Assembly: GCA_965197475.1 (NCBI GenBank)
Contig: CBDANF010000003.1
Location: forward strand, 1,888,001 to 1,952,000
Source of the DNA: Candidatus Poribacteria bacterium
GTDB lineage: Bacteria; Poribacteria; WGA-4E; WGA-3G
Reading direction: 5' to 3'
Length of the DNA: 64,000 nucleotides
This document shows, piece by piece, positions 52,119 to 62,260 of this stretch. The notes beneath the pieces were generated by a model, which was not told the origin of the DNA, ran no database searches, and worked only from the letters and a program-made list of their open reading frames with translations. The translations under genes were made by a program, and so were the position numbers. Numbering within the stretch: position 1 is the first letter of the stretch; every line of letters starts with the position of its first letter.

Positions 52119-53540
52119 CTAAAATACATCACGCATCGCGCGCCTGCGGTCATCGGCAAGTTCACGTTCTCTTTCTTCGTCAGACCTTTCGTCAAGCTGC
52201 TCAGCAGTGATTGGACGATATTGTGCAGCTTCACTTCTGCGTTTAAAGAGTCGGAAGTAGTCAAATCTCGTTAAAGTCGGTGGGATATTCCCGGGGCAGA
52301 GCGAGTGTAATCCGACTTGTACCCGAGGTCCCATCGCAACACGAGTGACCCCTACACCCTTCCAATGGATACCGTCCTGACTCGCATAAGCGGTGAACTG
52401 ATTGCCACGTCGTTCAAGACGTAGGAATAGTTCACGGACTCTCCGCATCCCGCCGCGTGCTACAAGACCAAACCGACGGTTGACATGCCGTTCAAAACGA
52501 ACATCCCCTCTAAAAGCATGCGGTCCCGATGTTTTCTCTAATCGGAGGAACTGGTTTTCATTTTTCCAAACAATTAAACCACCGTGTTCTCTAAGTTGCG
52601 GTGAGATACGCATGCGGGTTTCAATCGCGAAATCCTCAGAAACTTCCATAAGGAGCCGGGGAGCATCCATATCTCCACCGCTGCCGTTTGGTCCGTGCCA
52701 TAAGTCTTGTCCGGAGTCTGTTCGCATTTCAAGGTAGCCTTGGCGTTCAGTCCATGATCCACCGCCTTGCGGGTCTTCCCAACGCCATTCTGGACGCATA
52801 TCGTTCCCGATAAATTCATCATCAAACACCATTTCAGTGAATTCACCGGACGATGCCCACCCTTCAATTTTAATAGCAGAGATCGAGTCGCCGAAACTTT
52901 GCGGCAGCAGATGGAGGTTTGGCAACTCCTTTTTATATTCGGAAGGCTCCATACGGATATGCAACTTTTGCCCTTCAAAATCAGGGTGTTCATAGAAAAC
53001 AACCTCAGCACCATCTGGCGGGAAATTTGGACCTTTGAAGATACGGATAGACGAAATTCTATCTTCAAACCATGACCGTCCCTGCGGGTCTCGCAGGTTC
53101 GCTATATCTCGTAAGATCGTAATCTTTTTGCCTTTAAATTCAACATGCTCATAACAGTCAACAATCATCGGTATAGTGCCCCACTCTGGACCCACTACGT
53201 CAATGGTTGAACCGAAGTTGATAGAGGAAACCCTATCAGCAAAGTTGTAGGCTACATCATGTAAGTTAGGATAAAATCCAGGACCGAGAGCCAATTTCTT
53301 TCCCTTATAGTTAACATGCTGATAAAGGAGCACCTTATAATTTGGACTTCCTGAAAAATTTGGACCTTTGAAAACTCGAAGGGAAGATATATTGTCTTGA
53401 AATCCGATGCGCCCAGTATGTGGAACTGGTTCTAAGACATATCCCATCCGACCACGAAAATTTGTATGTTGAAAGACTTCAACGATAAGGCGGGGTATTA
53501 CAACTGGCATTTTTTCTCCTATTTGTTGGTATGTTTTCAA
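52119..53540 (-). CDS. Two beta/gamma-crystallin-like domains plus a ConA-like beta-sandwich domain
   Basis: Four F/YxHxxF/YxG...DxISS Greek-key motifs; C-terminal LRLERRGN.FTAYAS.DG..W; start may instead be 53510. Confidence 0.8.
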   Translation of the reverse strand: MKTYQQIGEKMPVVIPRLIVEVFQHTNFRGRMGYVLEPVPHTGRIGFQDNISSLRVFKGPNFSGSPNYKVLLYQHVNYKGKKLALGPGFYPNLHDVAYNFADRVSSINFGSTIDVVGPEWGTIPMIVDCYEHVEFKGKKITILRDIANLRDPQGRSWFEDRISSIRIFKGPNFPPDGAEVVFYEHPDFEGQKLHIRMEPSEYKKELPNLHLLPQSFGDSISAIKIEGWASSGEFTEMVFDDEFIGNDMRPEWRWEDPQGGGSWTERQGYLEMRTDSGQDLWHGPNGSGGDMDAPRLLMEVSEDFAIETRMRISPQLREHGGLIVWKNENQFLRLEKTSGPHAFRGDVRFERHVNRRFGLVARGGMRRVRELFLRLERRGNQFTAYASQDGIHWKGVGVTRVAMGPRVQVGLHSLCPGNIPPTLTRFDYFRLFKRRSEAAQYRPITAEQLDERSDEERERELADDRRRAMRDVF

Positions 53541-53796
53541 TTTACTTTTACTTACGTTTTTTACACTAATTGCACCTATTCTATCTGTTATATCAAATTA
53601 ACCCGATTTGTAGTGCAAGGTCCCTACCGAATACCATACGCGTATTCGGCGTTGATTCGGTGCATCGCAATGCTGACTTTATCAGAAAACTTCTAATCAA
53701 GTTAATTTGGTATTAGTTAAACTTTTCGAAAACTAAAGTCGGGGGTACTGATAATCCATATTGAAATTTCATGTGAGTTTGTTAAAATCAACAATT

Positions 53797-54894
53797 TTAC
53801 ACATTGGCAAGAGTCGCTTCATATATTTGTGCATATCCACTTCTATCCGAAGTAAACACAATATATTTACCATAAGGACTAAAAGAGGGATGCGGATGTG
53901 TATGTTGTGGTGTATATACTTGCACCGGCCCGTTTGCATAAGGAAAAGGTCCGTTCCAGTGTTCACCGATGGACGCAGCACCCGGATAACAAAGTGTTTT
54001 CGGTTTACCAAATCCATCACGTGGGTCAAACGTTAGGATACCAATATCGGGAAAATTCGTATCTGCTACCATCAAAGTTCCATCTTTGTTGCAAATCGCA
54101 TGCCAAGTGTTAAATGTCGTTAGCTGTCGTTCCGCTTCGGTGTCAACGTTAATGCCCCTTACACCGTTAGGCCAATCAACAAAAGCAAGTTCTCGTGTTC
54201 CTGGAATCCAAGTTTCGTGCGTGATCCACTCGTTTTTTTCGACATTACGTGCATAAAGTCTACGATTTCCAGTACCATCCCTGTGAATAACCCAAACGCG
54301 GTCGGTTAAAGGACCAGCATAATAGAGCAGATTAGAATCATCGGGGCAGAATTGGAGGTGTCCGATACTATCTCTGCGGAATATAATCTCGTGATCGCCA
54401 GTGTCTGTATTGACAATAGCGAGTGCAGACTCTGTGCCAACATTGAAGCGCACTGCCCACCATTTATCATCGTGACTGAGAGCGGTTGTTCCCATTGCTG
54501 CCCCGACCATTCCCTTCTCACGCATCTCAGTTGCAGCGAAGTTAACCAGTTCGTGTTCTTCTAATGTTTCCAAATCAAGTCGCCACCCACCAGTGCCAGC
54601 AGTAAAAAACACCGACTTACTATTGTGTGAGGGATGTGCAGACCATTCACTGATGTCAGACCTGTCGGTCAGTTGACGTAGTTCACCTGTGCTGCGTTCT
54701 TCAGCAAAAATTTGTGGTGCGCCGCTCCGATGCGATACAAAGATCAGTCGCTGCATTGCGTCATCATACGCGGGAATAATAAAGAACGGATGATGGTGTT
54801 GTGCAGAAGCCATCGTCACTTGCCGAATGCGTGTGCCAGTACGTCTATCGTAAAACGTCCGAGATTCGGCTGAGTAAACAGAGCCTTTCGCCAT
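53797..54894 (-). CDS. Oligogalacturonate lyase family beta-propeller
   Basis: GHLQF, HETW, WH, HPHPSFS, FTSDRSG. Confidence 0.85.
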   Translation of the reverse strand: MAKGSVYSAESRTFYDRRTGTRIRQVTMASAQHHHPFFIIPAYDDAMQRLIFVSHRSGAPQIFAEERSTGELRQLTDRSDISEWSAHPSHNSKSVFFTAGTGGWRLDLETLEEHELVNFAATEMREKGMVGAAMGTTALSHDDKWWAVRFNVGTESALAIVNTDTGDHEIIFRRDSIGHLQFCPDDSNLLYYAGPLTDRVWVIHRDGTGNRRLYARNVEKNEWITHETWIPGTRELAFVDWPNGVRGINVDTEAERQLTTFNTWHAICNKDGTLMVADTNFPDIGILTFDPRDGFGKPKTLCYPGAASIGEHWNGPFPYANGPVQVYTPQHTHPHPSFSPYGKYIVFTSDRSGYAQIYEATLANV

Positions 54895-54957
54895 CTACAG
54901 TCCTTTGCGAAGCGTATATGATATGGGCAGATATTTCATATCCGCCCAATACAATTA

Positions 54958-55956
54958 CTATTCTTCAAAAGCAGCGTCAAAAGCTACAGCAGAGGGTTCA
55001 AAATCATAACCCTTCACTGCACCGCACGCCTCGCGCGCACCATGTTCTCTATCCATACCACTGTCTTCCCATTCAATGGAAAGCGGCCCATTGTAGCCGA
55101 TATTGTTAAGCGCACGGACGATCTCTTCAAAATCGATATTCCCGCGTCCGATAGAACGGAAATCCCAGAAACGTTTTGAATCGCCGAAATTCAGATGTCC
55201 GCCAAACACACCAGACAACCGTGGTGTGTCTGCCCACCAGACATCCTTCATGTGAACGTGATAAATGCGATCACTTAAACGTTCAATGAATGCCACATAA
55301 TCAACGCCTTGATATCCGAGGTGACTTGGATCATAGTTGAAACCAAACGTTTCTCTACCATCAAGTGCCTCTATAGCTCGTTCAGCGGTGACAATGTCGA
55401 AAGCGATTTCAGTGGGGTGGACTTCAAGACCGAACTTAACACCGACTTCATCAAAGACATCAAAAATAGGGTTCCAACGGTCGGCAAAATCCTTGAATCC
55501 AGCATCAATTTGCGCCGAGTCAACCGGTGGAAAAGAGTAGAGCAGGTGCCAGATAGAACTTCCAGTAAAACCGTTTACGACATTGACACCGAGTTTCGCT
55601 GCGGCACGTGCCGTATTTTTCATCTCTTCTGCAGCACGTTCCTGAACACCTGACAGATCGCCATCATCCCAGACATCTTCTGATAGAATACCTTGGTGAC
55701 GACTGTCTATATTGTCACAAACTGCTTGCCCGACAAGGTGATTGCTTATCGACCAGACTTTCAATCCATATTTTGCGAGTAGGTCATGTCTACCTTGACA
55801 ATAGCCATCGTCTGAGAGTGCTTTGTCTACTTCAAAATGGTCGCCCCAGCAAGCGAGTTCTAAACCGTCATATCCCCACCCGCTGGCTTTCTGTGCTAAA
55901 TCTTCGAGTGTTAAATCTGCCCATTGTCCTGTAAACAGTGTCACAGGTCTTGCCAT
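54958..55956 (-). CDS. Sugar phosphate isomerase/epimerase (TIM barrel)
   Basis: [30 protein letters not shown]. Confidence 0.92.
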   Translation of the reverse strand: MARPVTLFTGQWADLTLEDLAQKASGWGYDGLELACWGDHFEVDKALSDDGYCQGRHDLLAKYGLKVWSISNHLVGQAVCDNIDSRHQGILSEDVWDDGDLSGVQERAAEEMKNTARAAAKLGVNVVNGFTGSSIWHLLYSFPPVDSAQIDAGFKDFADRWNPIFDVFDEVGVKFGLEVHPTEIAFDIVTAERAIEALDGRETFGFNYDPSHLGYQGVDYVAFIERLSDRIYHVHMKDVWWADTPRLSGVFGGHLNFGDSKRFWDFRSIGRGNIDFEEIVRALNNIGYNGPLSIEWEDSGMDREHGAREACGAVKGYDFEPSAVAFDAAFEE

Positions 55957-56064
55957 ATCAAATCTCCTTTATTTTGTGCGGGATTGTAACCCCGATTTGC
56001 CTATCTCATTCTTGTAGGAGGGGTTTTCAACCCCGATAGATAGCCTTAGTTAAGTATCTTCTCC

Positions 56065-57249
56065 TTACGTTGGCGGTGTATAACTTGCATCAACCCAAGC
56101 GCGCTGATTTCCACTTTCTACTGCAGTATTGATGAAGTGGACACCGCGTGCCCCATCCTGCACAGTTGGAAAATCAGTGTCAAAGTTATCCGGTGACTCA
56201 CCAGCAATTTTAGCAGCCATCGTGCGGGAAGCGTTGACATAGATATTCGCGAATGCTTCAATGAATGCCTCAGGATGCCCAAACGGAATTCGGGAATTAT
56301 GTTGTGCAATCTCTGTGAGGTAGTCGTTCCCACGTTTGTAGACCTGTTCCGGTCCATCTGGGAAACGGACATAGAGGTAATTCGGGTTTTCCTGATGCCA
56401 TTCTAATGATGCTTCTGTTCCGTAAACACGAATACGTAGATTATTTTCTTCACCTACAGAGATTTGTGATGCATAGAGTACACCGCGGACACCTTTTTCA
56501 TAATGGACCAAGATATTTCCATCGTCTTCTAACAAGCGTCCTTGGACAAAGGTGGTCATGTCTGCACAGATCTCTTCCATTTCAAGACCAGTGATATAAT
56601 GCGCCAGATTTTCAGCATGAGAACCGATGTCTCCGATACACGATGAAGCCCCTGCTTGTTTAGGGTCTGTCCGCCAGACAGCTTGCTTTGCACCTTCGTT
56701 TTCAAGAAACGTGGAAAGCCACCCTTGTGGATATTCAACGACTATTTTGCGAATTGTTCCGAGTTTTCCCTCTTTAACAAGTTCGCGCGCTTGCTTGACC
56801 ATCGGGTAGCCTGTATAATTGTGGGTCAACGCGAAGATTATATCATGCGACTTAACGAGATGACAGAGGGTTTCGGCATCTTCAATTGTTATTGTCATCG
56901 GTTTATCACAGACAACGTGGAATCCTACTTCTATGAAGGTTTTCGCGACATCAAAATGAACATGATTGGGGGTGACAATTGAGACAAAGTCAATGCGTTC
57001 ACCTTCGGGGAGCTGCCTCTCTTTTTCTGCCATCTCTTTATACGAGCCATAAACCCGATTTTCATCAAGAAAGAGTTCTGCACCCTGCTGTTTCGATTTC
57101 TCAGGCGAGGATGAAAATGCGCCAGCGACCAAATCAATTTCACCATCAAGTGCAGCAGCTTTCCGATGCACTGCCCCGATGAAGGCATCCGGTCCACCGC
57201 CTACCATTCCGTAATGTATTTTCCTACCAAGTGGCATAGTGCGTTCCAT
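56065..57249 (-). CDS. Gfo/Idh/MocA oxidoreductase
   Basis: GMVGGG.AFIG.VH, CDKP, GHPEAF. Confidence 0.93.
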   Translation of the reverse strand: MERTMPLGRKIHYGMVGGGPDAFIGAVHRKAAALDGEIDLVAGAFSSSPEKSKQQGAELFLDENRVYGSYKEMAEKERQLPEGERIDFVSIVTPNHVHFDVAKTFIEVGFHVVCDKPMTITIEDAETLCHLVKSHDIIFALTHNYTGYPMVKQARELVKEGKLGTIRKIVVEYPQGWLSTFLENEGAKQAVWRTDPKQAGASSCIGDIGSHAENLAHYITGLEMEEICADMTTFVQGRLLEDDGNILVHYEKGVRGVLYASQISVGEENNLRIRVYGTEASLEWHQENPNYLYVRFPDGPEQVYKRGNDYLTEIAQHNSRIPFGHPEAFIEAFANIYVNASRTMAAKIAGESPDNFDTDFPTVQDGARGVHFINTAVESGNQRAWVDASYTPPT

Positions 57250-57468
57250 TCCTTATTCGGTGTGTGATGACATTTGTGTGCTACTACCAGACATATATCA
57301 ACACACGTGATAAAATAATTTCATTGTTTTTAAATTATCTCATGTTTTCTGGTTTTTTTCAAGGTAATTTTGTAGTGCTTACCTCATAATCCAGTTGTTA
57401 GTTGTCTGAACCAGGATTTCCAGGATTATCGGATTTCCAAGATTGTTGAACATTATCACACGTACTTA

Positions 57469-57822
57469 TAGGGTTTTTTAGTTTTCCGAATATTGTAGGA
57501 GCGATCTCCGAATCGCGACCTTCAACCTCCGAATACGCTTTGTCGGGAATCGGAGTTCCCTCCTACAGGAAACTACATCTGTTGTAGGTGCGTCGGGAAT
57601 CGGAGTTCCCTCTTACCGCGATAGGTCGGGAATTGGGCTTCCCTCCTACTTTTGACAAACACGGATAAAAACCGAAAACTAAATAGCCCTGCACGTACTT
57701 ACAGGACTATTTAGTTTTAGACTTTTGTCCGATTTATCCGAAAAGTCGCGATTCGGAGATCGCTCGGACAGCGGAAAGTCTTAAATTGAAAATCTAAATA
57801 TCCGGAGAACTAAACAGCCCTG
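57469..57822. mobile_element. Two tandem MITEs with CAGGG-type ends
   Basis: Units 57469-57691 and 57702-57822 are bounded by variants of CAGGGCTATTTAGTTTT; CACGTACTTA at 57459 and 57692, degenerate ACGCACTTA at 57823. Confidence 0.75.
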
Positions 57823-57953
57823 ACGCACTTATTAAAATACTTGACGAATTCCAAATATATATGATATACTTATTTTGTTAATCTGAAAATGTTTGTAGTG
57901 AAACAGTATCATGAGAAAGTTTTTACAGAAACGAATTCGACTTAGAAGGTAAA

Positions 57954-58755
57954 ATGAAGTATTTTATAACAATGGGTATTATGGTGCTTGTTGCTGTCTG
58001 TTTGCTGATCGTTCCAACCCATGCCGCTATAAATCCCGACAATATCATGGGAATGTGGCTCTTTAATGAGGAGAACGGCGACACGGCAAAAGATTCGTCA
58101 AACAACAAGAATGATGGTAAAATCAACGGTGGTGCCAAGTGGGTTGATGGTAAGTTTGGGAAGGCACTTGAATTTGATGGAACAGACGATTGGGTTGAAG
58201 TTCCGCATTCAGACAGTCTTGGGTTTTCAAAAGGGACTTCTTTTTCTATCACGCTCCACTATAAAGGCACAAAAATAGGTGGTTCTCTCGTAGGCAAAAA
58301 CTATGAAGACACAACGCAGGCAAAACCTTGGTATCTTCTTTGGAACGGAGGAGTGGGTAATACAATATCCATCTATCTGCGTACTAATAATGACCAGAAT
58401 TCAAGAATTGATGGAACGTTGAATGTATCAGATGATAATTGGCATTTTATTGCTGCAATAGCAGATACGGATACAGAGAAGATTTCATTGTAGATTGATG
58501 GAGAAAAGAATGTTGAGGGTAACATGAATACCACCGATGGTTACGGAACTAGTGAAGGTGTGTTTCATATTTGGACATCATTCTGACAGGTATACCGCTG
58601 GCATCATTGACGATGTCACACTCTTCAATATCGCCTTAAGTGAAGACGAGATGGAAACTATCATGAACAATGGTGTTGAAGAAGTTGCGGTTGTTGACGC
58701 TATTGGCAAACTTACAACGACATGGGCTACAATTAAACATCGTGTATCTCAATAG
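57954..58755 (+). pseudogene. Disrupted secreted LamG protein
   Basis: TAG at 58491-58493 within ISL*IDG plus a frameshift near 58570; the domain resumes GHHSDRYTAGIIDDV...KLTTTWATIK. Confidence 0.8.
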
Positions 58756-58858
58756 AATTCATAAATAAATGTGGATACTGACACGAACATAAGTTTGTTC
58801 GTGCCAGTATTCTCAATAATATTATGAAGCAAACCACAAGTTAAAGGAACATATAATC

Positions 58859-59953
58859 ATGAAACAGATATTGACACTCCTTGCATTGGCGTTTTTGCTA
58901 TTTGCTGGATTAAGTTGTCAGGAAACCACAGAAGACCCAGATCCAATAGTTGACACATTAACGGGCAGCCTCCAAGGGGAGGTGCAATCAATTGAAGGCG
59001 TATCAATTCAGGTGCGCTTGTTAAAAGACGGACAACTCGTCGCGCAAACCGAAGCAGATGGAAGTTATGAGTTTGTTGAGTTTGAAGAAGGTGATTACAC
59101 GATTCAAATATCAGCAAAAGGCTATGAAATGACAGAAATGAACGTGACTGTCGTGGCGGGGGAAACTGTTTCATTGGACAAAGTGACACTGGAGGCGTTG
59201 GCGGAACCAGTATCACACCTGCGCGGCATTTTAACAGATATGAAAACAGGAAATCCACTGTCCGATGTGCTTGTGCGACTTACCGATAAAGCGGGTGAAG
59301 CGAACGAAGCGTTAACGACTAAAGAAGGTGTTTTCACCTTTGAGAATCTTCCAGTAGATCAAGCATTTACCTTGACGATCATGCATGCAGGTTATGAAGA
59401 TCACGAAGTTGCCGTGCAACCGATTCCCGCTGGTGAGACCTTTGAACAAAATATAGAACTCACCACAGGACCTGAACCGGTGGAACTGGATCCTGGTGAA
59501 GGGCTAAGCACCGGCAGCCAGGCACCAGCTTTTGAGTTGCCTGACGGTAAAGATAAGAAACATGCACTTGCAGATTATATTGGTAGCAAAAAGGTAGTAA
59601 TCGTGTTTTACCGGGGCAGGTTCTGACCGTATTGCCGCGAGCAACTCGGTGAGTTGCAAAAAAAATACGATAAAATTCAAGCTGAAGGCGCAGAACTTAT
59701 CGCTATCAGTTCTGATAGCGTAAAAGAAACGAAAAAGACGACTGATGATGGAAATCTCAAGTATCTGGTACTAGCTGATAATGACATAGAAACGATTAAC
59801 GCTTACAATGTTGTTGATCCAGCGAACAAGAGAATAGCACGAGCATCAAGTTTTGTCATAGATCTGGATGGGAAAATCACGTGGGTATCACTTGACGAAT
59901 GGGATCAGCGCGTACCAACTGCCGAAATTATATCAGAATTAGGTAAGTTCTAA
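58859..59953 (+). CDS. Selenoprotein lipoprotein: two carboxypeptidase-regulatory-like beta-sandwiches plus an AhpC/TSA domain (UPYC)
   Basis: Lipobox LSC; APAFELPD...VFYRGRF-TGA(59624)-PYCREQLGELQ in frame with the downstream ORF. Confidence 0.9.
59641..59657 (+). promoter_or_regulatory. Candidate SECIS hairpin
   Basis: GCAACTC-GGT-GAGTTGC, with the loop G 22 nt after the UGA. Confidence 0.8.
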
Positions 59954-60142
59954 TGAATTTTACGATACGGCAACAACAAACACCCGTGCCGACAACGGTA
60001 GAAATAGCGTGGTAAGCAAGTACGTTTACGATGCTAATTCCTGAGTCGGCTCGGACTATTGAAGAGAGTAATACGCTTAGGGGTTGAGGGACGCGTATAA
60101 CCTGAAACACTACAAAACAGATTTTAAATAGGAGTTTTAACT

Positions 60143-61258
60143 ATGGAACGCGTATTGACACCCCTTGGATTAGGACTTTTACTTTTGGTTGCATTGGGTT
60201 GTGGGACGGCGGATAATCCCGTCAGTAAGATTACAGAAATTGAGACTACAACAGGCGCACTACGAGGAAAGGTACAACCAATTGATGGCGTATCATTTCA
60301 GTTCCGCTTATTAAAAGACGGACAACTTGTGGCGCAAACAGAAGGAGATGACGACTTCGTACTAAGAAAGATTGAAGCAGGGGATTACACACTCCGTATC
60401 TCAGCTCAAGGCTACCAAAAAACGGAACTCAACGTGACTGTTATAGTGGGGGAAACTGTTTCATTAGATGAAGTGGTACTTGTGGAATTAGCAGAGCCTG
60501 TCTCGCAACTACATGGGCTTTTAAGGAACGCGAGAACAGGAATACGGCTTCGTAAGGTACTTATCACACTTAGCGATGAGGCGGGAAAAGAATATGAGAC
60601 GTTGACGACAAATGAAGGTGTTTTCACTTTTGAGAATTTGCCCACTTTACAGACATTTATCTTAACAGTCAAGTACGCCGATTACAAACAATACGAACTC
60701 ACGGTGGAACCCATACCTGCCAACGAGACGGTTAAATTGTATATCAAACTTACACCATTGGTGAAAGCAAGGGAATTGGAACCCCTGGAGCCCGGCGAAG
60801 GCTTAAGGATCCATAGCGATGCACCAGAATTTGAATTACCTGATGGCAACGGTGTGTTGCACACACTCGCGGACTATCTTGAAGATGGCAAAAAAGTGGT
60901 ACTTGTCTTTTATTGGGGCAGTGGGTGAGCTGCTTGTCTAACGCAACTCGGTGAGTTGCAAAAGAATTATGACAAAATTCAAGAGGCAGACGCTGAAGTA
61001 ATCGCTATTAGTGTTGATACTATAGCGGAAACAAAACAGACAGTTGAAAATGAAGGTCTTGAGTTCCCGGTACTCTCTGATCAGGAAATGGAAGCAATTT
61101 CCGCTTACAATGTAGTAAATCAAGAAAACCGCAACGTTGCACGACCAGCTACTTTTATTATTGAGTCAGATAGAACAATTGCATGGGTATCTCTTGATAC
61201 TGTGAATGAGCGGGTACCAATAGCAAAAATTCTTATGGAATTAGGTAAACTTTGGTGA
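60143..61258 (+). CDS. Selenoprotein lipoprotein paralog 2 (UAAC)
   Basis: Lipobox LGC; VFYWGSG-TGA(60926)-AACLTQLGELQ in frame. Confidence 0.9.
60943..60959 (+). promoter_or_regulatory. Candidate SECIS hairpin
   Basis: GCAACTC-GGT-GAGTTGC, same spacing from the UGA. Confidence 0.8.
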
Positions 61259-61269
61259 AATCTTTTAAA

Positions 61270-61654
61270 ACGTGAGTTCGACAAATGCCGTAGGTTGGGT
61301 AGAACAACGTGAAACCCAAAAGGTTGAATTGTTGGGTTTCGCTGTGCTCTACCCATAGGTGTCAATTTAGTGTGCTATATGCAAAAAAGATGCTGATTTG
61401 TGATGAAAGCAGCCCCAGCGGGGCAGCATGCGCGCATGGCATGCTGCATGAGGTGTCTGACAACACGTACACATACACACCTTTCGCCCCGCTGGGGCTT
61501 GAGTTTGGTAGGGGTCGCGTGTCTGGACACCTTTCGCCCCGCTGGGGCTTAGATATCTGAAATATAGGTTTATTTCCTTAAATTGACACCTATGGGTTTC
61601 GCTGTGCTCTACCCAACGGACATCTACATTTGGAACTTATTATTGAACTCACGT
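61270..61654. mobile_element. Nested miniature element with the same architecture as 10262-10742
   Basis: Outer IR ACGTGAGTTC/GAACTCACGT flanked by TTTTAAA; inner 61356-61592 with 14-bp IR TAGGTGTCAATTTA flanked by a 23-bp direct repeat. Confidence 0.75.
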
Positions 61655-61693
61655 TTTTAAAAACTAATACATACATAAAGGGGTTGTTAATAC

Positions 61694-62260
61694 ATGAAAC
61701 AGACGCAGATATTCTTTGCGTTGGCACTTTTTCTGTTGGGTGCTTTGAGTTGTGGAACAACAGATAATCTTATCAATCAACCGGAAAAGTTGGAGCCGGG
61801 TGAAGGATTGAATATTGGTAGTCAAGCACCAGATTTTGAGTTGCCAGATGGAAACGGTGCGTTACATGCTCTTGCGGATTATATTGGAAACGACAAAAAG
61901 GTGGTAATCGTCTTTTACCGAGGCGGTTGGTGAGGGTCGTGTCTAACGCAACTCGGCGAGTTGCAACAGAACTACGGAAAGATTCAAGCTGCAAACGCAA
62001 AACTTATTGCTATCAGTTCCGATGATGTAAACGCGACACAAACGACGGTTGAAAATAAAGGACTCATATATCCTGTGCTTGCAGATAGCAACAAAGACGT
62101 GATTAACGCCTACAACGTCCTTGATCAAAGCGACACAACTATAGCAAGACCTGCATCTTATATTATTTCGCCGGATGGAACGGTTGCCTGGAAATCGATT
62201 GATACTGCGGCTGTACGGGTGCCAACAGCTACAATCCTCACAGAATTAGGTAAACTCTAA
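61694..62260 (+). CDS. Selenoprotein lipoprotein paralog 3, AhpC/TSA domain only (UGSC)
   Basis: Lipobox LSC; VFYRGGW-TGA(61931)-GSCLTQLGELQ in frame. Confidence 0.9.
61948..61964 (+). promoter_or_regulatory. Candidate SECIS hairpin
   Basis: GCAACTC-GGC-GAGTTGC, same spacing from the UGA. Confidence 0.8.

Noticed and set aside
51705-53170. Crystallin duplicate as a DGR template/variable repeat pair
   Set aside because: Differences are not confined to adenines, and no reverse transcriptase is present in the window
57541-57650. Three GTCGGGAAT... repeats as a CRISPR array
   Set aside because: Irregular spacing, degenerate copies, located inside a MITE, no cas genes
58491-58493. In-frame TAG in the LamG gene as possible pyrrolysine or amber recoding
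   Set aside because: A frameshift follows about 80 nt later, so the gene is a pseudogene or sequencing error; TAG ends normal genes elsewhere in the window
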